Origin: Candidatus Woesebacteria bacterium
GTDB lineage: Bacteria; Patescibacteriota; Saccharimonadia; Saccharimonadales; EFPC-124
Assembly: GCA_050115675.1 (NCBI GenBank)
Contig: JASFQB010000001.1
Coordinates: 96,616-160,615, forward strand
DNA: 64,000 bases
Reading direction: 5' to 3'
Shown piece after piece: positions 1 through 8,937 of this stretch (its first letter is position 1; each line of letters begins with the position of its first letter). The translations under genes and the position numbers were made by a program. The notes under the pieces were generated by a model. It was not told the origin of the DNA, did no database searches, and saw only the letters and a list, made by a program, of their open reading frames with translations.

Positions 1-150
1 TGACGATGAAGTAATAGTAAGATATTTTATAGTTATGCATAGTTATTGTGTGTTTTTTAGTCGCTTTTTTATCGCCTGATGGGCGGGTTGTTAAGGGTAC
101 TAAAGCACAAAAACAATCCGCCAAAAGGCGGTTTTTTTAAATGAGGTTAT

Positions 151-948
151 ATGGATAAATTATCAGAGCTACGAGATCAAATAGACAAAGTCAACGCTCA
201 ATTGATTGAACTACTAAACACGCGTGCAACCTTGGCTAAAATGGTTGGACAAGTAAAGGGTGATGCGCCGAAATTTGCGCCAGCGCGCGAGGCAGAAGTC
301 ATAAAAGAGTGTCAAAAAAGCAACAAAGGTCCACTACCCAGCAAAGCAATTGACGCAATTATGCGCGAGGTTATTGGCGCTTGTCTTAATTTAGAGCAAC
401 AGCTTAAAGTTGCATACTTGGGACCGGATGGAACCTACAGCCAAATTGCTGCACAAAAGCGCTTTGGAGCAATGACGCAGTATGTTCCATGTAAAAGCAT
501 CGACCTAGCCATTGCTACGGTATCGCGTGGTTTGGCAGATGTGGCTGTTGTTCCTGTAGAAAACAGCATTGAAGGCCCAGTCACTCGCACGCTAGATTTA
601 CTATACGGAGCTGGCTTGACTGTTTGTGGCGAGGTCATATTGCCAATTAACCATCAGCTGCTGGCAAATGTAGATTTTGCTAAAATAACAGAGGTAAAAT
701 CTCATCCGCAGTCGTTGGCTCAATGTCATTTATGGCTGCAAAATAATCTGCCAAATGCAAAAATTACCCCTGTTGCAAGCAATGCAGAGGCCGCAAAACA
801 AGCATCTGATAAAAATTCTACTTGCGCGGCAATTGCTAGCACTCAGGCGGGCGAGCTTTATGGCTTGAAAGTACTGGCTGGCAATATTGCTGACGAGCAA
901 AACAACACCACGCGCTTTTTGATGGTAGGTGAGGGTATTGATAATTAA
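151..948 (+). CDS. pheA: Chorismate mutase / prephenate dehydratase (P-protein), CM+PDT domains. The ORF stops at an in-frame TAA before the ACT domain.
   Basis: Chorismate-mutase helical N-terminus (LSELRDQIDKVNAQLIELLNTRATLAKMV). PDT domain motifs KVAYLGPDGTYSQ, VENSIEGPV and TRF (NTTRFLMVGEG). Confidence 0.8.
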   Translation: MDKLSELRDQIDKVNAQLIELLNTRATLAKMVGQVKGDAPKFAPAREAEVIKECQKSNKGPLPSKAIDAIMREVIGACLNLEQQLKVAYLGPDGTYSQIAAQKRFGAMTQYVPCKSIDLAIATVSRGLADVAVVPVENSIEGPVTRTLDLLYGAGLTVCGEVILPINHQLLANVDFAKITEVKSHPQSLAQCHLWLQNNLPNAKITPVASNAEAAKQASDKNSTCAAIASTQAGELYGLKVLAGNIADEQNNTTRFLMVGEGIDN

Positions 949-972
949 GCCACTAAAGACGATATAACAGCG

Positions 973-1218
973 TTGGTTTGCACTGTGTTGCACGCTCCGG
1001 GAGCTTTGCATGATTTGTTGGGCGAATTTGCTAAAAGCAGTGTAAACGTTTTGCGGTTGGTGCCTAGGCCAGAACCTCATGAGGTGTGGAGGTACAGGTT
1101 CTACCTAGATGTTTCTGGCAGTAAGTATGATAAAAATTTAGGCTTGGCATTGCAAAATATAAAAAATCGTAAAATTGCGCAAGTAAAGATTTTAGGCTCC
1201 TACCCAAAAGAGACATAA
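973..1218 (+). CDS. ACT regulatory domain of PheA, in the same frame as 151..948 but separated from it by TAA (946-948). Only a TTG start is available.
   Basis: ACT-domain pattern TALVCTVLHAPGALHDLLGEFAKSSVNVLRLVPRP...YRFYLDVSG. In-frame continuity with the upstream ORF was checked codon by codon. Confidence 0.55.
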   Translation: MVCTVLHAPGALHDLLGEFAKSSVNVLRLVPRPEPHEVWRYRFYLDVSGSKYDKNLGLALQNIKNRKIAQVKILGSYPKET

Positions 1219-1283
1219 TAAAGGTGGCAAACTAGTGATTAGCCAATCCGCCACCGGTTGCTAGGTAGGTGCATTATGTCCGA

Positions 1284-1451
1284 TCAGTAGTCGGGGCCGT
1301 CGCCTCCGTGGCTGCGAGGGCTGCGGCGTGGCGGACGATCAAACGCCGTCTTATCGCCAGCCCTGTACTGATCAACTCTGTCCTTGGCTTCCTTGCCACG
1401 ACTGATGATGGTAATAACTAGACCACCAATTGCCGCGAGTGTACCAAACAT
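1284..1451 (-). CDS. Small membrane protein (hypothetical), probable start at MFGTLAAIGG.
   Basis: One hydrophobic helix followed by a charged, Pro/Arg-rich tail. No recognisable family. Confidence 0.3.
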   Translation of the reverse strand: MFGTLAAIGGLVITIISRGKEAKDRVDQYRAGDKTAFDRPPRRSPRSHGGDGPDY

Positions 1452-1503
1452 GACAATCTCCCTAGATGGTTGCAACAATCTTACTTAAATTATTTTAGCA
1501 TGT

Positions 1504-1917
1504 TTATTCATTTGCCTCAGCCTCCTCTGCGTCTTCTTTGGTTGGGTGAATTGTGCCGTGCGGGTGGTGTGCTGGTCCGTAGACAGAATAAACCTTAAGG
1601 TCTTCTTGCCCGGTATTTATAACGTTGTGCCAGGTTCCTGCTGGTACAAAAATTGCATCCTCGCTTTTTGCGGGTTGTGATGTTAAATCGTCTTGACTCG
1701 GGCCCATTTTAACTTTAGCCTGACCTTGCTCTATGCGCAAAAATTGGTCGTTGTCGTTGTGAACTTCTAGGCCGATGTCGTGACCTGGTGCAATTGACAT
1801 TACAGTAAGCTGCAAGTTTTTGCCTGTCCAAATGGTTGCGCGATAATTATTATTTTGTATTGTTGCCTGCTCGATATTTGTTACATAAGGCGCTGGGCCG
1901 TGATCTGTTGTATCCAT
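1504..1917 (-). CDS. Cupin-domain protein.
   Basis: Cupin beta-barrel motifs (G..H.H....E...V..G, HNDNDQFLRIEQGQAKV, PAGTWHNVINTG). Confidence 0.6.
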   Translation of the reverse strand: MDTTDHGPAPYVTNIEQATIQNNNYRATIWTGKNLQLTVMSIAPGHDIGLEVHNDNDQFLRIEQGQAKVKMGPSQDDLTSQPAKSEDAIFVPAGTWHNVINTGQEDLKVYSVYGPAHHPHGTIHPTKEDAEEAEANE

Positions 1918-2053
1918 GCTATTTCCTCTTTATGTTTTTATTGTACGTGAACTGAGCGTTGCTTAAAAGAGTATTAGGTTGACCGAAGTATATTCATATT
2001 GTAAGATACCTTGTTGTTGAGATATATCGTACCTACCAGTTTTAGGGGGAGTA

Positions 2054-2812
2054 ATGGGCTTCGAGGCTTTTGCCTTGGTGCTGATGCTGCTTATCACTTT
2101 TGTTTTTAGAAAGCAGCTGATTCACGAGGTTAAAATGCAAGTGTTGCCTTCGTACGCGAACAAAGTAAAGGCTAGGATTGACCAAGAGCTTGAGCTGTCA
2201 AGGCGTGCTGAAGACGAGCGTATTGCTAATTTGGTCAGAGCTGCAATGAACGTCGAACGCTACAGGTTGAACCAGTTTCTTGATAGAGAACAGAGGGCTT
2301 TTAGCAAGGAATTTGATAATTATCATCGGCAAATTATGGAAGCGGTGAGGGCAACTATTGCGAAATTTGCTAACGAGCAGGTGCCCGACCTGGTAAAAAA
2401 ACTTGTGCAGTTGTCTGTAGAATCGCGAGATGATACCACAGTTATTTCTACTGGTGATTTTGCGGTGTTTTTGCGCCGTATGTATGAGTTTCGGGACAAA
2501 AGGGCAAAGCAGACCGAAGAAGAAAGTGCCAAGCGCAAAGCATTCATTGACGAGCTGCTTGTGTGGGCAAAGAATAATACGGGCAATGGTGACGCAGTTA
2601 GGTACTTACGCGACACCCTAAAAAGCATGGACGATGAACTGCAAGAGCTAAAGGGCGTTTACGAGAGGTACAAAGAAATCACCGAAAGTTTGCATGGAGA
2701 TGACTTTGACTCTATCCTTTTGGATGCAAGAATGGCTGATTGCCGCAATGCCATGGAGCAAATTGCTAAGGAGACGAAGGAGATTGTACAGGCTCTGTCG
2801 AGTTGTAGTTAG
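2054..2812 (+). CDS. Membrane-anchored coiled-coil protein (hypothetical).
   Basis: N-terminal TM helix followed by a long charged helical region. Ends at TAG and is followed by a terminator hairpin. Confidence 0.5.
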   Translation: MGFEAFALVLMLLITFVFRKQLIHEVKMQVLPSYANKVKARIDQELELSRRAEDERIANLVRAAMNVERYRLNQFLDREQRAFSKEFDNYHRQIMEAVRATIAKFANEQVPDLVKKLVQLSVESRDDTTVISTGDFAVFLRRMYEFRDKRAKQTEEESAKRKAFIDELLVWAKNNTGNGDAVRYLRDTLKSMDDELQELKGVYERYKEITESLHGDDFDSILLDARMADCRNAMEQIAKETKEIVQALSSCS

Positions 2813-2828
2813 TGTATCGCCAAAGTAA

Positions 2829-2866
2829 AAGCCGCGACTTATCGAAAGTCGCGGCTAGTTTTTTAT
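2829..2866. terminator. Bidirectional rho-independent terminator between convergent genes.
   Basis: Perfect 10-bp stem gccgcgactt/aagtcgcggc with loop atcga, followed by a T-run. Confidence 0.65.
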
Positions 2867-3663
2867 CACCTGTCTTGTCTAGATAATAAATCTCCTGCTA
2901 TTCTGCGGATTTCGGCCTCAATTTGAGACCATTCTGCGGTTGAAGTGCTGCAGGTAACATCTTTGTAGGCTTTGAGTGTTGTGCGGTTTAGTGCAATAAG
3001 CTCGCCGTCACCGATGATGCTGTACCATATAGAAGTCACTCCTCCAACTATAATGTTTCTATCGCGGAGAACAACTTGCTTGTATGCTTTAACTTTTCCT
3101 AGTACAACGCAGCCTGTTAATTCTACATGCCCATAACGGCTGACGACGTCATCTAAAACTAAAGCGTGTGACAATCTTACAGATCTCGAAGCTTCTACGT
3201 TTGCCAGTGCTGCATTAGCGGCGTCGACTTTGCCGTGTTGGCTTTTTAGAGAAGTGCGAATTTGGCCCCTTAAATCTCTTTTAAAGGAGGACAGATTAGG
3301 ATTTACCCCAAGCGCTTTCAAAAAACGTTGCATGCCCCCTGGCTGTGGTTCTGCAAGATCGCTGCCAAGTTTGTCGGCAAGTTCTAGTAGTTTGCTGGCA
3401 ACTTCTTCGTATCCGATAGTCAACCCTTGACTAATCAGCATTATCGCAATTTCTTGGTGGCCCATTTCGACCAGGCTTGAAATCTTGACACTGCCAATTA
3501 GTGTCTTTGCGGCCTGAATTGAACCTAGAGCATTCCAGTACTCGTGGATGCGCGGGTGTTCAAGTAGGTCCTTTACGGTTGGTTCTTGGTTTTGCCTTCT
3601 GAAATAACTAGCCATTACCCCACCTGATGAGCCGTAGAGATAGGACAAAGTATATAATAACAC
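2866..3663 (-). CDS. Hypothetical protein (265 aa).
   Basis: Long ORF with coding-like composition. No confident family assignment. Confidence 0.45.
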   Translation of the reverse strand: MLLYTLSYLYGSSGGVMASYFRRQNQEPTVKDLLEHPRIHEYWNALGSIQAAKTLIGSVKISSLVEMGHQEIAIMLISQGLTIGYEEVASKLLELADKLGSDLAEPQPGGMQRFLKALGVNPNLSSFKRDLRGQIRTSLKSQHGKVDAANAALANVEASRSVRLSHALVLDDVVSRYGHVELTGCVVLGKVKAYKQVVLRDRNIIVGGVTSIWYSIIGDGELIALNRTTLKAYKDVTCSTSTAEWSQIEAEIRRIAGDLLSRQDR

Positions 3664-3741
3664 TTTCGTTAATAATGTACAGGTTAATCATAAAAACGAT
3701 GTACATGTGGGTGGAAATTGTGTTATAATAACAGATATTAA

Positions 3742-3818
3742 GCACCCGTAGCTCAGCGGATTAGAGTACTTGGCTTCGAACCAAGTGGTCGCAAGTTCGA
3801 ATCTTGCCGGGTGTACCA
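3742..3818 (+). tRNA. tRNA-Arg (anticodon TCG at 3776-3778).
   Basis: Cloverleaf: acceptor GCACCCG/CGGGTGT, D-arm GCTC..GAGT, anticodon stem cttgg/ccaag with loop cttcgaa, T-arm GCAAGTTCGAATCTTGC, encoded CCA. Confidence 0.85.
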
Positions 3819-3821
3819 AGA

Positions 3822-3852
3822 TAAAACCCTCACACGCGTGAGGGTTTTATCT
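3822..3852 (+). terminator. Rho-independent terminator after the tRNA.
   Basis: Hairpin aaaaccctcacacgcgtgagggtttt followed by a T-rich tail. Confidence 0.6.
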
Positions 3853-3914
3853 TGGTCGACTTAAGGTAGTAGTTGCTCATGTTAATTAAAGATATTAACA
3901 TAGTATTATGGTAA

Positions 3915-6900
3915 ATGCTTATGCAAAAAGATCTTAGTGCGGCTGCTATGATAGATCGTGTTAAAAAATGGCTATTAATTGCCAAGGTGCTGGCGATGCT
4001 TTTGTTGCTAGCGCTATTGGGTGCTTGGGGCTCGCTTTTTGCAAAAGAAATCCTAGAGATGCCGGTAGGCTATACCTATACTGCCGATATCGTGTCATAC
4101 GATAATCTGTACGATTCTCAAAAACAACAGTATTCTGGCAGTGTTCAATCTAAAACGCTGTTTAGTTATAAGGCTTCTGGGGCAGAAGGTGATGTAAATA
4201 CTGTTGATGCGCTATTTAGCGTCAGTACTGTCGACGACGAGCCAATTTTTTCTGTTACAAGACAGTACGGTATTGACCACGAATCATTTATGCATGTAAA
4301 AGGTCATGGCGACAAAGATCGTGAGGGCTATTTGTTTGGTCCAAAAGGAGTGGTGGACAGTTTTAAGTATTGGCATATAAATTATGATCAGCCACTTACA
4401 ATGATGTATGATGGCGAAGAAGATATCCAGGGTCTTAAAACAATAAAATATACAAGCCATTTTACGGCAGATCAAACCGCAAACTTGACCAATCTTTCTG
4501 ATGTAGGTGTGACAAAAGGCATAAATCTTGATGGCGAAATCACACTATGGATTGAGCCAGAGACCGGTGATTTAATTAAGTACCAAGACGCCGCAACAGC
4601 ATACTATTATAATTTAGCAACTGGTGAACGTATTGAGCCATGGAACCAGTTTAGCAATCAATTTAGTTTTGACTCTGTTGCTAATCATGTGCGCATGGCG
4701 CAAAACGATAAGGCGTGGTACTTTTTTATAACTCAAGTTGCTTCGGCAGTGATACTGTTGGCGGTCGCAGCTTTAACGGCTTGGTGTGCTATTGACGTTA
4801 GGAATCTTTATAAGTTGCGCATCTCTAGTGTTACATTTGCTATAAATAGCGCAGCCATTATGATAAGCTTGATTGTTATTTTTGCTTGGATTATAGATGG
4901 TAATTCAGATGTTGTGGCATTGTTTGGAGACGCCTCAGAGGCAAATCCAATAATGGCGGTATGCGTACTTGTTTTATGCTTGTTAAAGATTGTTATGTCT
5001 TTGTTTAAGTTAAAGACCAGAGGACTTGTTCTAATTATTTTACTAGCTTTGGCTATGTTACTTTTATTATGCGCGAGCATACTTTGCAGTGTGTTTGGAG
5101 TATATATCCCGTTTATCTTTGGTTCATCTTTGATGCTTCCGGCAGTATTAGTGGCGGTAATATTGTTAAATGTCAATTGTCTTGTTTTGGCCTTCTGTTA
5201 TCTTGGTAAGCGTTATCCTGCTGTTTTATTGGCCTCGGTGCTAACACTGTTATTTATTGGGACTGTATCAGTCATAAGCAGCTTTTATCAGTTTGATTTT
5301 ACGCAACAGTCTAATTGGTATAGGCCGTTAAATTCGTATAGCGCAATATTATTTATGCTACTTGCAGTGGCCGACTGGCAGTCAAAGCCGATGGCGGGTG
5401 GCGGGTGGACACACAAGATTCATAAGCCTTATCTATGGGCGTTGGTTGTTATATTTGCCGGAGTATCGGTCACGGGCCTGGCTTGGAATGCAATAAAAGA
5501 CGTAATTGATCGCGGCGATACCTTACAGTTTCAGGCGGATGCAAATAAGATAGAAAACCTTGTTGAGCACAGTCTTGATGACTATGTTAATGTTTTGTTT
5601 GGCGCTAGAAGTCTATTTGCAGCCTCGGGGGACATCGACAGGGAGGAGTGGAAAGCCTATGTTGATGGATTGGATATGCCTATAAATTACCCTGGAAACC
5701 AAGGGGTTGGATTTTCTTTGGTGGTTCCAGTATCGCAAAAAGACGCTGTTGAGGCCAGAATCAGAAGCGAAGGCTTTTTGGATTTCGCTATAAACCCTGT
5801 TGATCCCCCAAGAGATGAATACACTGCCATTGTTTACCTTGAGCCGTTTGACGAAAGAAACCAGCGTGCTTTTGGCTATGACATGTTTTCAGAACCTGTA
5901 AGGCATGAGGCCATGTCTAGGGCAAAAGGCACCTATGATGCAGCTGCGAGTGGAAAAGTCACATTGTTACAAGAAACTTCAGAAGATGTGCAGGCGGGAT
6001 TTTTAATTTATGTTCCAGTTTACAAGGGCGGAGCAGAAGGCTTAGTGTCGCAGGATGAAAAAGACGACCTATTGGGTTATGTATACAGTCCCATTAGGAT
6101 GGGCGACTTTATGGACTCTGTGATTAAAGGACAAACTGGTGGAATAGGAGTTGAGGTATTTGATTCTGAGGATAAGTCTAGTGCTAGTGACCAGAATTTA
6201 ATGTACTCATCAAGCACTATTTCTGACGCAAACGCTGCCTTTAGCGCGTATGAAAAAGTAGAAATTGGCGGGCGCACATGGACAGTGTATTATTATAGCT
6301 TGCCAGGATATGTAACAAGCATATCGCAGGGTGTCCCAATAGCCGTATTGGTTGCAGGTTATGTTATAAGCGTCTTGTTAGGACTGGTTGTCTTTGGTTT
6401 AGTAAATTCAAGACAGCGGGCGTTACGACTGGCTCAGAACATAACAAAAGACTTAAAGTTTGAGCGAAATATGGCTGTTCGCACAGAGAAAAAAGACGAG
6501 GCAATACTTTCTAGTATAGGCGAAGGCCTTATCTTGTACGGAGTTAATGGTACAATCGAGCGCATGAACGAGGCCTCGTTAAAAATGCTTGGCATCAAAA
6601 ATGCTAATGTGGTTGGGATGGAGTTTACCGAGGTATTAAAGGCGGCAGACAAAAATGGTAAACCATTAGCTCATATTAAGCGTCCTTCTGTGCTGGCGGT
6701 AAAAAATAATCAGCTGATAAATACTAAACTTATTTACTTCAGAAAAGATGGCTCTCATTTTCCGGCAGAAATTACCGTTGCTCCAATTTCTACCCCCCGA
6801 GGGGGCGTAATCGGTGCCGTTGAGGTGTTTAGAGATATTACGCAAGAAGAAGCTCTTGATCAGGCTAAGACTGATTTTATATCTTTGGCTTCGCATCAAT

Positions 6901-7598
6901 TGCGTACACCGCTAACAAATACTAAATGGCTGCTAGAAATATTAATGTCAGGTGACGTAGGCAAGCTAAAGTCCAAGCAGCAAAAAATTGCAAAAGATCT
7001 TAACGACTCAAACGAGAGCTTAATAGAACTGGTAGTCTCGCTGTTAAATGTTACTCGTATCGAATCTGGCCGAATACGAATCACCCCAACATCTGTAAAT
7101 GTTTGCAAATTAGTTTCTGATGCTGTGAGCACGGTCAGTCCAAGGCTTAAAGAAAAAAATCAAAAAATCGATTTTGAATGCGCAAAACTGCCAAAAATTA
7201 TGCTAGATGAAAATATGGTAAGGCAGGTTGTTTTAAATCTGTTGACCAACGCTATAAAATATTCTCCAAATGATACTCAAATATCTGTTAGCGTAACGCG
7301 AGATGGAAAGGATGCTTTAGTCAAGGTTAAAGATAATGGCTATGGAATACCAAAAGAGCAACAAAAAGACGTGTTTGGTAAGTTCTTCAGGGCAAAAAAT
7401 ATTGCTCAAAAAGTTCCAGAAGGCAACGGGTTGGGCTTGTATCTTGTAGAGCAGATAGTACGTGCATCAGGAGGTAAAATTTGGTTTGAAAGCATCCAAG
7501 ACAAGGGTACGGCATTCTACTTTACAGTCCCGCTTAAGGGAGTGCATGCTAAGAAAGGAGAAGTTGCTATAGAAGAAAGGGGTGTAGTGTCTCAATAA
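3915..7598 (+). CDS. Large sensor histidine kinase with a periplasmic N-terminal domain, a multi-TM region, a CHASE domain, a PAS domain, HisKA and HATPase_c.
   Basis: CHASE signature YTAIVYLEPFDERNQRAFGYDMFSEPVRHEAMSRAKGT. H-box LASHQLRTPLTNTKW. ATPase N and G boxes (NLLTNAIKYS, GNGLGLYLV). Confidence 0.85.
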   Translation: MLMQKDLSAAAMIDRVKKWLLIAKVLAMLLLLALLGAWGSLFAKEILEMPVGYTYTADIVSYDNLYDSQKQQYSGSVQSKTLFSYKASGAEGDVNTVDALFSVSTVDDEPIFSVTRQYGIDHESFMHVKGHGDKDREGYLFGPKGVVDSFKYWHINYDQPLTMMYDGEEDIQGLKTIKYTSHFTADQTANLTNLSDVGVTKGINLDGEITLWIEPETGDLIKYQDAATAYYYNLATGERIEPWNQFSNQFSFDSVANHVRMAQNDKAWYFFITQVASAVILLAVAALTAWCAIDVRNLYKLRISSVTFAINSAAIMISLIVIFAWIIDGNSDVVALFGDASEANPIMAVCVLVLCLLKIVMSLFKLKTRGLVLIILLALAMLLLLCASILCSVFGVYIPFIFGSSLMLPAVLVAVILLNVNCLVLAFCYLGKRYPAVLLASVLTLLFIGTVSVISSFYQFDFTQQSNWYRPLNSYSAILFMLLAVADWQSKPMAGGGWTHKIHKPYLWALVVIFAGVSVTGLAWNAIKDVIDRGDTLQFQADANKIENLVEHSLDDYVNVLFGARSLFAASGDIDREEWKAYVDGLDMPINYPGNQGVGFSLVVPVSQKDAVEARIRSEGFLDFAINPVDPPRDEYTAIVYLEPFDERNQRAFGYDMFSEPVRHEAMSRAKGTYDAAASGKVTLLQETSEDVQAGFLIYVPVYKGGAEGLVSQDEKDDLLGYVYSPIRMGDFMDSVIKGQTGGIGVEVFDSEDKSSASDQNLMYSSSTISDANAAFSAYEKVEIGGRTWTVYYYSLPGYVTSISQGVPIAVLVAGYVISVLLGLVVFGLVNSRQRALRLAQNITKDLKFERNMAVRTEKKDEAILSSIGEGLILYGVNGTIERMNEASLKMLGIKNANVVGMEFTEVLKAADKNGKPLAHIKRPSVLAVKNNQLINTKLIYFRKDGSHFPAEITVAPISTPRGGVIGAVEVFRDITQEEALDQAKTDFISLASHQLRTPLTNTKWLLEILMSGDVGKLKSKQQKIAKDLNDSNESLIELVVSLLNVTRIESGRIRITPTSVNVCKLVSDAVSTVSPRLKEKNQKIDFECAKLPKIMLDENMVRQVVLNLLTNAIKYSPNDTQISVSVTRDGKDALVKVKDNGYGIPKEQQKDVFGKFFRAKNIAQKVPEGNGLGLYLVEQIVRASGGKIWFESIQDKGTAFYFTVPLKGVHAKKGEVAIEERGVVSQ

Positions 7599-7946
7599 AA
7601 GGCTGTAAAATATTATGGCTAGTAATAAAATTGCATTACAAAGATAAGGTTATTTTTGTATCTTCAGGCTGCGGCTCTGTTAATTGGCAATATTGCAGGT
7701 TGGTATACGGTTTGTAGTGAATTTATGGATTATTGCAATAATAGATAGCACCTTAATTAATCCATGGGCGTCAGCTTGTTTATACGGTTCGATTGCGTTT
7801 TTTTGTTGCATTCATTTGGACAGTTTTTGTAATTTTCAAAAAAGAACATGCTAACCTAACCAACCACGAGAAAAACTGTGGCTTTTGCTGTTGCGCGCAG
7901 GGGTAAACGGACTCTTCCGAATAGCGCTTGCTATTAAATCTACTAA

Positions 7947-8023
7947 TGGAGGGCCATCTGGGGATCGAACCCAGGACACCCTGCTTAAGAGGCAGGTGCT
8001 CTAACCGGCTGAGCTAATGGCCC
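7947..8023 (-). tRNA. tRNA-Lys (anticodon CTT; anticodon at 7987-7989 on the minus strand).
   Basis: The reverse complement folds as GGGCCAT..GCTC AGCCGGTTA GAGC..CCTGC CTCTTAA GCAGG..GGGTTCGATCCCC..ATGGCCCTCCA. Confidence 0.85.
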
Positions 8024-8126
8024 ACGACAAGTAGCATTATACAAGATTTAATTGGTTTTTAAAAGACCATATGCACCAAAAGACATACTAGTTGCCAGCT
8101 GGCCAAAAAGTTTTTATAATATAACT

Positions 8127-8369
8127 ATGGAACAAAATTATTCAAACAGACGAAACTACTTCATTGCTTTAATTTTAAGTATCTTTGTGGGGCAATTGGG
8201 TGTTGATAGATTTTATTTAGGAAAAATCGGCACTGGTCTTCTTAAGCTTATCACAGTAGGCGGTTTTGGTATTTGGTGGATTATCGATATTGTTTTAATC
8301 GCAACTGGTGACATGCGGGATGTAAATGGTCGGCCATTGACGCGCAAGTTTGATATACCTACAGAATAA
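8127..8369 (+). CDS. TM2-domain membrane protein.
   Basis: TM2-domain pattern ALILSIFVGQLGVDRFYLGKIGTGLLKLITVGGFGIWWIIDIV. Start at MEQNYS; the ORF-track start at 8052 lies further upstream. Confidence 0.6.
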   Translation: MEQNYSNRRNYFIALILSIFVGQLGVDRFYLGKIGTGLLKLITVGGFGIWWIIDIVLIATGDMRDVNGRPLTRKFDIPTE

Positions 8370-8421
8370 GCTATACTTAAGTAATGTAAATGTTGCTGTG
8401 TTCGACCTTTGGAGGTTGATT

Positions 8422-8601
8422 ATGCCTACCATCAAAAGTAAGAAACGCGCAGGTGAACGTTGTCTGAAAAAAGGGTGCACTTGTTGTGACCCTAAAAATC
8501 CTAATGATGGATGTAAAGGTCGTCTTGTGGCTCAACCAGGTAACTTGGTAACATGTGATTGCTGCGGGTTGACCTATGAGCAGGCTGATCCAGTTAGGTA
8601 G
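8422..8601 (+). CDS. Small Cys-rich (zinc-ribbon-like) protein.
   Basis: RBS ggagg lies 8 nt upstream of the ATG. Cysteine pattern C..C.CC.....C......C.CC suggests metal binding. Confidence 0.4.
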   Translation: MPTIKSKKRAGERCLKKGCTCCDPKNPNDGCKGRLVAQPGNLVTCDCCGLTYEQADPVR

Positions 8602-8649
8602 GTATGCTATTAAGCTAAGCTCAATATGGGCAATAGCTTACAATGCTAA

Positions 8650-8695
8650 GTATACACGCAGCATGATGCAAGAACATGCTGCGTGTATACTTTTT
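8650..8695 (+). terminator. Rho-independent terminator.
   Basis: Perfect 16-bp stem gtatacacgcagcatg/catgctgcgtgtatac followed by TTTTT. Confidence 0.7.
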
Positions 8696-8937
8696 AGATC
8701 ATTTTACCTCTTATTCCACGATGCGCCACAGCAATTGCATGTAGCGTTATTCGTGTCTTGGGCTACGAGTTTGCCCTTGCACTTTCTTCCACATTTACTG
8801 CATTATTCACCGCAAACGGAGCCAACAATTCTATCGGACGTACTAGGCATGGAAGGTTGCCTTTCGTAAAGAGGTATTTTTTATCCAGAACTCTATTAGT
8901 ACAGGCGTTTTAATTTGGAAAGTTTTTTATGATAAAT

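Noticed and set aside
8576-8869. 97-aa ORF downstream of the Cys-rich gene.
   Set aside because: It spans a strong terminator hairpin (8650-8695) and an AT-rich intergenic region. No RBS.
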